A DNA stretch of 64,000 nucleotides, taken from the human T2T-CHM13v2.0 reference genome, Homo sapiens. Below the pieces are notes generated by a model. The model was given only the letters and a program-made list of their open reading frames with translations, was not told the origin of the DNA and did not search any database. Each line of letters opens with the position of its first letter. Position 1 is the stretch's first letter. Positions 14,792-23,972 of this stretch are shown here, piece after piece. The DNA lies in NCBI RefSeq assembly GCF_009914755.1, contig NC_060925.1; one strand, written 5' to 3'. The position numbers were made by a program, and so were the translations under genes.

Positions 14792-15344
14792 GAGTTTAAG
14801 AAATTAAGGAAAGCTGAGTGTAATGAAACCTTTTCAAGGGTAGTAGTGGTATAGCTCAAACCTGGTTTGAATTCCAGCTTTGTCACTTACTGGGTAAGTA
14901 AGTAGCAGCCTTAAGCCCAACTGGTGTTTGCTATTTGCACGTATTTTCATAAATAAAAGTGGTCTGTAATGTTTTCACAGTGTTGTCAAACTTCAAGATT
15001 ATTAAAACTATTAATATCCTGTTTAATGTTTAAGAATAAATAACTATTTGATATCTTTTAACTACTGTCCTATCACTGACTTTTAAGACTCTTACTGACA
15101 ATTTTGTGATTTTTTCATGTAATCATCCTTTATATCTTACTTAGCAAGTTCTCTATTAGACATATGTCTGCTGAATGAAACTTAATTACAGATATTTTTG
15201 AACATTTATTAAATTTAAATTATATTTGTACTTGTAAGAAATATTTAAACAATGCTTTGTTTTTCTAAAATAAAAGAAAACCAATAGCACAAACCTTCAT
15301 TTTCTAAGTGTGTCAAGTTGTTTTGTTTTTTTTATTTGCTTGTG

Positions 15345-15645
15345 TGTTTGTTTTTTGAGACTGAGTCTCCCTCTGTCGCCAGGCTGGAGTGCAGGGTGCG
15401 AGCTCGGCTCACTGCAACCTCCAACTTGCTGGTTCAAGTGATTCTCCTGCCTCAGCCTCCCAAGTAGCTGGAATTACAGGCATGTGCCCCTGCGCTCGGC
15501 TAATTTTTTTTTTTTTTTTTTTTGTATTTTTAGTATAGACCAAGTTTCACCACGTTGGCCAGGATGGTCTCCTCCTGACCTCGTGATCCACCCGCCTCGG
15601 CCTCCCAAAGTGCTGGGATTACAGGTGTGAGCCACTGTGCCTGGC
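15345..15645 (-). mobile_element. AluS element
   Basis: Antisense Alu with an expanded central T tract. Confidence 0.9.
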
Positions 15646-15734
15646 CTATTTTAACTGTTTTATGTCTTCTGGTTTCGTGTGACAATGAAATAAGTTAATA
15701 TTTCCTGCCTGCACCAACCACATTTAGGCTCTAC

Positions 15735-15812
15735 CTTAATTGTTGATGAGGTCTTGGAGCCTCCCTTCTGCTCCCAGAGGCTTTTCTTGCTCATGTCTCC
15801 AGCCACAATATC
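15735..15812 (-). pseudogene. LSP1P: LSP1-derived exon (78 bp) with mutated acceptor
   Basis: Translates DIVAGDMSKKSLWEQKGGSKTSSTIK as in LSP1. Donor AAG|gtagag is intact, but the acceptor reads cccccGG instead of AG. Confidence 0.92.
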
Positions 15813-16182
15813 CCGGGGGCAGCAGAAGGGTATGTCACAAGGGCAGACCCCTGGATCTTGGGGAGTAGAAGCCCTGGGCCCTTCTCTCCTGCCTTGCCTT
15901 ACCTGGCCAGGGGGCCTGGGATCTGCCTACCAAAACTTTTTCTGTGCGATCCCAGTGGAAGAAGCAGGGAAAGGAATAAAGGTGCCATCCACCTCCACTC
16001 GGACAACACAGCCTTCTACACCAGCAAGGGTGAACCCAACCCTACTGCAATACCTCAGGGTTCTGTCTGCCCACATTCATCCTGGACAGTCCCACGCTTG
16101 TCTTAACAAGGAAACCTGGCCTGCTACTAAACTCCCCAGTGCTGGCTCTGCAGCCCAGCCTTGCCCCTGGAGGGGACCTTAC

Positions 16183-16317
16183 CTTGCAGGACGGAGTCTT
16201 GGCCGCAGACTGAGCCTGTACCTCACCCGTCTCCCACCAACTCTTGGTACTGGATGCAGCCATGCTGGGCAGCTCTATGGAGGCCTGGCGGGCTAGCTTG
16301 GGGGTCTGGCCAGCAGT
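16183..16317 (-). pseudogene. LSP1P: LSP1-derived exon (135 bp, phase 0/0)
   Basis: ctgcag|ACT...AAG|gtaagg. Translates TAGQTPKLARQASIELPSMAASSTKSWWETGEVQAQSAAKTPSCK, versus recalled LSP1 TAGRTPKLARQASIELPSMAVASTKSRWETGEVQAQSAAKTPSCK. Confidence 0.93.
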
Positions 16318-16595
16318 CTGCAGAGGAGGAAAAGCATCAGGATTACCTTAGTGGACAGCCACCGTGGTCACATCAGAGGGTCACACTGGGCAACCCTCTG
16401 CTTTGTGTTTGTGTTTTCCCTGGGAGCGATTTCCCAATGCAGCCCTAGAGTGGGGATCACTGGAAAGATGTGCCTTCCTCCATTCAATGCAATTGTGAGA
16501 CACCTCCCTTTCCTGAAGAGCATCAGGGAGATGATGGCGCACAAGACAGATGTGGGTCTGCCTCCATGCTGCTCATGGGGTAGGGCTGGGGGACC

Positions 16596-16800
16596 ATGGG
16601 ATGGATGGAGGGACATTGAATGGATGGAGGGACAGTGGTTAAATTGCAGAGTATTGGTTGGATGGAGGAGCATTGATTAGATGGAGGACTATTGGTTGTA
16701 TAGAAAGGTGTTGATGAAGGAATATTGATTGGATGGAGGAGTACTGATTATATGAGGGAGTATTTGTTAGATGGAGGGGCACTGATTGAATGCAGTAGTA
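16596..16800. repeat. Degenerate ~19-bp tandem repeat (GGATGGAGGAGTATTGATT-like)
   Basis: About 10 diverged units are visible. Confidence 0.8.
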
Positions 16801-19800
16801 GCCACCTGGCTGGGGGCTGCTGGGCCTCGTTCCACGTGGGGAGGCAGAGCCTGGGGTGCAGGGGCCCTCATGCTCACTCACGCCCCCACTCACGACCCAG
16901 CCCCTCCAAATGGAGGGCGGCGCAGAGCTGGGGCAGAGTATTGAGGAGGTGGAGGGTTTCCATGGAGGAGAAGCCTGGCCATGTTGCTCCCCATGTTCCC
17001 ATGTCCCAGCCCCTCCATGTGAGCAAGGTCTCAGCTGGGGTGTGTGTCCTTGGGCCTGGGGCATGAGATGGAGCCCAAGCTCCTCCTTGGACCTGGGCTT
17101 CCAATGGGTCCAGGGCCCTCACTCCAGCTCCACAGACCCCCTCCACCAAGCCATAGGGGAGGCGTGGCTTGGAAGCACACATTGGCACAGAGACCCCAGA
17201 AGCCCGTGTGCACACGTTTCCTTAGGTCCACCCCTAAGGGCAACGAGTCCGGGCCCCAACAGCCCCATAAAGGCCCTCACTCTGCTCACAGCTCATGCCC
17301 AACACATGGAGTGCGGCCGGGCGCGGGACTCCCTAGGCCTGGGGCACATGCAGGTGCACACCCAACTCACACACATTCTCCACGAGCCCACGCTCCGGCC
17401 ACACAGGCACACATGCCCGCACCCCATGCACATACAAATATGCACGTGCTCACACACGGGAACCCTTGACATCCACGTGCATGTGCAGACAAGCTTGGGA
17501 ACAAGGGGACCACGTCCCCCTCCAGGGATCCCTTCAGGGTGCTGCAGCCTCACTTTAGTGAGGCAAACATTGACTGTTTGCCTTGCCATAGCCCTGACAA
17601 CGGCGGTGCCGGCCCTGGCACGAGGCCCAGGTGTGTACTCTGGGAACATCATCCATGCAGAGCTGGGCCCCTGGAGGATCACTCTGACTGAGCTCTCCCT
17701 GGCTAGGGGCCTGGGGGACAGAGTGGGGATGCAGAGTAAGCATCTCCTGGTGTCTCCCCTAAAACCCAGTGTTGGGGAGAAGCCCCGCCAGCCCCTGGCC
17801 TCTGACCCAGCAGAGCTGAGGACGTGGAGGCCTCTGGGCCCCTTCTCCGTCTCCTCCCTTTCCCCTACCCCAGGATATGAGTCATGCGGGCCCCCTCCCC
17901 ATGACCTCACCGCATCACTATTCCACAGCCGGGCTCCGTTCTGGGAACTGAAAGGGGGGCAGCTCTCCTGGGGTGGGGTGGGGGCCTCTGGCCTGGGAAA
18001 GGCGCCCCTCGGTCAGCGGCCCAGGCCCCTTGGCATACACCACGGAGCTGTCAGGACTCTGGGATGGCCGACCCCGCCCGTGGCCCTGGCTCAGCCCCGT
18101 GCAGCTGCGAGGGATTTGGTGTTCCTGCGCAAATGCAGTTAGGCCATTTCCTATGTCTGTTCCGGCTCCGAAGTCCAAGGTTCAGCCCAAGCGGCCAGGC
18201 GGTGGGGGGGGGGGCTCCATCCACCTCCCACCCCAGCACACCCCCCCCACCCTCACAGTCCCAGGCTCCACTTCGGGGCCCGGCCCCCAGCCAGGGACAC
18301 CAGTATGCACAGAACCCTGAAGGATGCCTCGTTCTGAGTGGAGCTCCCCAAGCTCAGGTCTGTTCCTGTCGGCCTCGTCCACTGCCAACCACCCCCAACT
18401 CGGGACACTGGCCCTTCTTCTCCTTCCTCCACAGACCTCCCCACCTCTACCTCCCAGTCCCCACTGAGGGCCTGACAATGCCCATCTTCGGCCCAGCACT
18501 CCCAGCTACCCACTGCCGTCCTTCCCCTGCCTGGAAGTGCAGACACTTCCAGAATGGGTGTCCGGCTCGGTCCCCGTCCTGACTCTGCTCCCTACAGGCA
18601 GCTCCTGTGGCTGCCCCGCCCAGCTGTCCTGAGCCCAGAGGTCGGCTGGAGAGGGTCAGTCCTCTCTGGGGTCCTGGGGAGTCAGGAGGCTCTGGTGAAG
18701 AGCAAGGGCTGCAGGGAGGATGTCGAGGGGAGGAGGAGCTTCTCCTCCAGGCCTGACCACAGGTCTCCTGGACACCACAGGGAGCTGGCGGGAGGACTGG
18801 GGAGTTGGGCTGGGCCTTCCACCAGGGTGGTTCAGGACTCCCTGCACAGCACTGAGGTCTCTGGTCCCCTCATTAGCCCAGCCTCCCGTGGGATCATAGA
18901 CTTGACCCCTCAAGTCACTGCAGAGCCCAAGAGTGGAGAAACACAGCACCGTGTGCCGGGAAAAGGTGCCCACAGGGGCCCTTCATGGCTGAGGCTTCCA
19001 GAGGGTAGTGGGACGGCAACCCCGCTCCCCACCAGCCGCCCACCACAGCGTTCATGATACAGCTTCGGAGTGTGGGTCGGGGTCTATCTGGGAAACCAGG
19101 GCAAAGGCGGTGGCAGCTGGCAGCACCCACACCCACAGCTGGGGCACTGCTCACATGAGCCCCCATCAGCAGGCCCCTTGGTTGTGCCACAGGCAGGGGT
19201 CCTGCCCCAGGGAGGGGGTAGTCCGGGGGGGCTCGAGGGTGTGGCACAGGCCAGCTGTCACTCCTCCCTGGAGAGGCAGCTGGGGACGCAGCTGGGAGGG
19301 GAGCCAGGAGCAGAGACAGCCCGGGGCCAGCAGGTGGGTGACAGGTGGGGCAGCGGGAGGGGCACGCGCTGTCCGCCTGGGGCTGGGGTGTAGAGACGGG
19401 AACCTGCCCCCCAATGCCTGGTGCTGGCCCAGCCTCCCCCCGGGGTCTCTAGCACCTTCCCAGTTGTGTCTGCACCCTCCTGGGCATGGCGGGGGAGGGT
19501 GGGGGTCAACCCCTTTCCTTGTAGTCCCGTGCCAGTGGGCAAGGGAGACGCCCCAGTGAGCAGGAGCCTAGCCTCTCTGCCTGGGGAGGCCAGGTGATGA
19601 GCCACCCGGAGTGGGAGGGGGCCTTGAACTTGGGTCTGAAAGATGAGCAGGGGTTTGCTGGGCCGGGTACAGGCAAGAGCTAATGCAGGAAGGCAGAGAG
19701 CAGGAGCGCTTAGAGGGAGTGGCTCTGTGCAGCCGGAGTCAGATGGGTGACCCTCACTCAGGAGGAAGCACTGGGACCCTCTCTCCTCACGCTGGGTCCC

Positions 19801-20717
19801 CCGCCTCCCTCTAGGATCCCCACACCCAGGTCCTTCTGGGCCTCTGCCACACAGATCAGGTCTGGAAGGCTCCCTGGAGGAGGCGGTGCCTAGACTTGGA
19901 CATAGGCCTGCAGAGCTGGTTTCCCTCACAACCCTGGGAAGACAGAACTCCTCAGCGGGTTGATGTGGAGGAGGGCGGAGCCTCCCTCCAAGGCACCAGT
20001 CCAGTGCTGGGGGCGACACAGAGAGCCAGAAGCTGGCGGGGGCGGGAGGCTCTGCCCCCCAAGGGCTTTACATGCCGAAGCCCCATGGCCGAGCTGGGAC
20101 CCAGGGTCAGCCCAGGCAGGCCGCGAGAAAGGAGACTGTGGACCCCACCCCATCACACAGGGAGGAGGTGCTGTGCCCGCTGGGGGGGCAGCTGCCCCTC
20201 TCTGGGCCCTTTGGGTGGGAAGAGGCTTGGTGAGGTAGAAAGCCCAGCCCCAGCCAGCAGCGTTGCCTTCTCACAGTGGCAGCCCTTTGTAACCCCGGGG
20301 GGTCCCTGCAGGGCCTCTCCCTGTTTTCTCACCATGGGGCAGCATTTGGGGGTCTCTTGAGGGACCCCCTAGATGCTTCTGCTCAGAGCCCCCAAAGCCA
20401 AGGAGCCTCCACTCCTCCGTCTGCAGCCTCCCCTGCCGGTTCTTGCTACCCAGGGTTCAGTGGCCTGGGGGCTGACGGAGGGGGTCGCCTCTGCCAAGGC
20501 CCCTCCCGGCGCCTCCCTGGCTCATCCAGCCCACCTTCCTCCCACGCTGGCTCACGCAAAGTGTTCTGGTCACCAGGAGCCCTTCCTGACCAGCCCCGGC
20601 CCCTTCTTGGCCTTCGCCCCACCTGGCCTCCCCTGGATCCCTGACCTGGGTGCCGGGCCTGCTGGGTCCAGAGCCCACCCCGCCCTGAACAACCCCGAGC
20701 CTCAGCCACCCTCAATT

Positions 20718-20724
20718 CTTACCC
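20718..20724 (-). promoter_or_regulatory. Strong 5' splice donor (AAGG|GTAAGA); candidate end of a first exon
   Basis: Minus strand reads ccagctgtgaaagg|gtaagaattg, about 35 bp from the TAR1 junction. Confidence 0.6.
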
Positions 20725-20759
20725 TTTCACAGCTGGGGAGTGGAGTCTGGGCCTGAGGT

Positions 20760-21450
20760 CTCCTGTGCGCCTCTGGGCGCCTGCGCCCGCGCTGTGCCTT
20801 TGCGAGGGCGGAGCTGCGTTGTGCTCAGCACAGACTCGGAGAGCATCGCGAGGGCGGAGCTGAGTTCTCCTGTGCACAGACTTCGGAGATACAGCGAAGG
20901 CGGAGCAGTGTTCTCCTTGGCACAGACCCGGGCGGGCCGGGGGCACCGCGAGGGCGGAGCTGCATTCTGCTCAGCACAGACCCGGGGGACACCGCGAAGG
21001 CAGAGCAGCGTTCTCCTCAGCACGGACCTTGGGGGCACTGCCTCGCTTTGGGACAACTCGGGGCCGCATCGACGGTGAATAAAATCCTTCCTGTTTGCAG
21101 CCCTGAATAATCAGGGTCAGAAACCAGATAGAAGGGTTCAGTGTGGAAAACGGGAAACCAAAAGCCCCTCTGAATCCTGCCCACCGAGGTTCTCCCCAGC
21201 CAAGGTGAGGCGGCCGCAGTGCGAGATCCACACCGCAGCCTCGGAAGACAAATGCAGCATTCCTAATGCAGACATGGCACTCAAAAGATGACACCCCCCT
21301 TGCTCATGTAACAAGCACCTGTAGTGCTAATGCACTGCCTCGACACAAAAACATTAATATAAGATCCACAATCCCCTCGCTGCCGTGCAGTCCTAAGACA
21401 GCGATCATAATAATCAACATTGACATAGTCAATACAAACGTAGTAACGAA
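20760..21450 (+). repeat. TAR1 telomere-associated repeat, including CpG-rich tandem units of the subtelomeric (TERRA promoter-type) island
   Basis: One gcgcctct..gcgcctgcgcc unit, about five gcgagggcggagctgcgttctcctcagcacagac units, then gacggtgaataaaatccttcctgtttgcagccctgaataatcagggt, characteristic of human subtelomeres. Confidence 0.92.
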
Positions 21451-21451
21451 C

Positions 21452-21673
21452 CTAGGCTTAAGGTTGGTGTTAGGGGTTAAGTTTAGGGTTAGGGGTTGGA
21501 GATAGGGGTTGGGGTCAGAGTTAGGGGTTAGGAGTCAACATTTAGAGTTAGGGGTTAAGAGAGGTTGGGGGTTAGGGATTAGGGGTTAGGGTTGGGTTAG
21601 GGGGAGGGGGAGAGTTGTGGTTAGGGGTTAGGGTTAGGGATTAGGGTTAAGGTTAGGGGTCAGGGTCAGGGGT
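21452..21673 (+). repeat. Degenerate interstitial telomeric repeat (TTAGGG, TTAGGGG, TTGGGG and TCAGGG variants)
   Basis: Directly visible, e.g. ttaggggttagggttagggattagggttaaggttaggggtcagggtcagggg. Confidence 0.95.
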
Positions 21674-22404
21674 CCCACTCTGTTGGCTGTCTATTTACTC
21701 TACTGACTGTTCCCTTTGCCATGCAAAAGCTATTTAGTTTAATTAAGTCCCAGCTATTTATCTTTGTTTTTATTGCATTTGCATTTGGGTTCTTGGTCAT
21801 GAAATCCTTGCCTATGCCAATGTCTAGAAGGGTTTATCCAGTGTTATCTTCTAGAATTTTTATAGTTCAGGAATTAGGTTTAAGTTTTTAATCCATCTTG
21901 AGTAGATTTTTGTATAAGGTGAGAGATGAGAATCCAGTTTTATTCCCCTACATATGGCTCGCCAATTATCCCAACATCATATGTTGAAAAGGGTGTCCTT
22001 TCCCCACTTTATTTTTTGCTTACTTTGTCGAAGATCAGTCGGCTGTAAGTATTTGGGTTAATTTATGGGTTCTCTCTTCTGTTACATTAGTCTATGTGCG
22101 TATTTTTAAACCAGTACCATGCTGTTTTGGTAGCTATGGCCTTATTGTACAGTTTGAAATCAAGTACTGTGATGCCTCCAGGTTTGTTCTTTTTGCTTAG
22201 CCTTGGTTGGGCTACATGGCTCTCTTTTGGTTCCATATTAATTTTAGAATTGTTTTTGTAATTCTGTGAAGAATGATGGTGGTATTCAGATGGGGATTGC
22301 ATTGAATTTGTAGATTGCCTTTAACAGAATGGTAATTTTCACAATATTGGTTCTACCCATCCACGAGCATGGGGATGCGTTTCCATCTGTTTGTGTCATC
22401 TATG

Positions 22405-22594
<190 letters not shown>

Positions 22595-23941
22595 TGATTT
22601 CTTTCAGCAGTGTTTTGTAATTTTCATCGTAGAGGTCTTTTGATTCCTTTGCTAGGTATATTCCTAAGTTTTTTGTTTGTTTGTTTGTTTGTTTGTTTTT
22701 GCAGCTATTGTAAAAGGGGTTGAGTTCTTGATGTGATTCTCTGCTTGGTAGCTGTTGATGTATAGAAGAGCTACTGATTTGTGTACATTAATCTTGTATC
22801 TGGAAACTTGGCTGAATTCTTTTATCAGTTCTAGAAGCTTTCTAGAGGAGTCCATAGGGTTTTCAAGGCGAAAGATCATATCGTCAGCAACCAGTGATAG
22901 TTTGACTTCCTTTTTACCGATTTGGATTTCCTCTATTTCCTTCTTTTGTCTGATTGTTCTGGCAAGCACTTCCAGTACTATGTTGAAGAGGACTGGTGAG
23001 AGTAGGCTCCTCATCTTGTTCTAGTTCTCAGAGAGAATGCTTTCACCTTTTCCCCATTCAGTATTATGTTGGCTGTGGGTTTGTCATAGACGGCTTTTAT
23101 TACATTAAGGTATGTCCCTTGTATGCCTATTTTGCTGAGAGCTTTAATCATAAAGCAATGCTAGATTTTGTTGAATGCTTTTTCTGCATCTGTTGATATA
23201 ATCATTTGAGTTTTTTTTTAATTCTGTTTATTTGGTATATCACATTTATTGACTTGCATATGTTAAACCATACCTGTATCACTGGTATGAAACCCACTTG
23301 ATCATGGTGGATTATCTTTTTGATATGTTGTTGGATTCAGTTAGATAGTATTTTGTTAAGGATTTTGGCATCTGTGATCATCAAGGATATTGGTCTGTAG
23401 TTTTCTTTTTTGGTTATGTCCTTTCATGGTTTTGGTATTAGGGTGATGCTGGCTTCATAGAATGAATCAGGGAGGCTTTCTTCTTTCTCTGTCTTGTGGA
23501 ATAGTGTGAAAGGATTGGTATCATTTCTTCTTTGAATGAAAGAAGACATTCTTTGAATGTCTGGTAGAATTCTGCTGTGAATCTGTCTGGTCCTCGGTTT
23601 TTTTGGTTGGTAATTTTAAAATTACCATTTCGATCTTGCTGCTTGCTTTATTGGTCTGCTTGAGGTATCTACTTCTTCCTGATTAAGCTAGGAGGGTTGT
23701 ATTTTTCCAGGAATTTATCCAACTCTCCTAGGTTTTCTAGTTTATGTGCCAAAAGGTGTTCATAGTACCCTTGAATAATCTTTAATATTTCAGTAGTGTC
23801 AGTTGTAATATCCCCTGTTTCATTTCTTAGTGAGGTTATTTGGATTTTCTCTCTTCTTTTCTTGGTTAATCTTGCTAATGGTCTATCAGTTTTATTTATC
23901 TTTTCAAATAACCAACTTTTTGTTTTATTTATGTTTTGTAT

Positions 23942-23971
<30 letters not shown>
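23942..23971. repeat. (TTG)n microsatellite inside L1 ORF2
   Basis: About 10 TTG units. Confidence 0.95.

Positions 23972-23972
<1 letters not shown>

Larger units (their letters stand above)
15700..20758 (-). pseudogene. LSP1P: Unprocessed partial LSP1 (lymphocyte-specific protein 1) pseudogene block, LSP1P4/LSP1P5-like
   Basis: GC-rich block containing two exons that translate to the LSP1 C-terminal region, with the intron between them retained. Composition changes abruptly at both edges. Confidence 0.88.

Noticed and set aside
16856-18142. 428-aa plus-strand ORF and many overlapping ORFs at 16-21 kb
   Set aside because: GC-rich, stop-poor intronic DNA giving P/G/S/H-rich translations in all frames, with no recognisable domain. 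Treated as shadow ORFs.
20800-21040. CRISPR-like repeat-spacer array
   Set aside because: Degenerate tandem TAR1 units in human DNA, with no unique spacers and no cas genes.
21452-21673. The 2q13 ancestral chromosome-2 fusion site
   Set aside because: That site has head-to-head TTAGGG/CCCTAA arrays with TAR1 on both sides. Here there is one orientation only, followed by L1.
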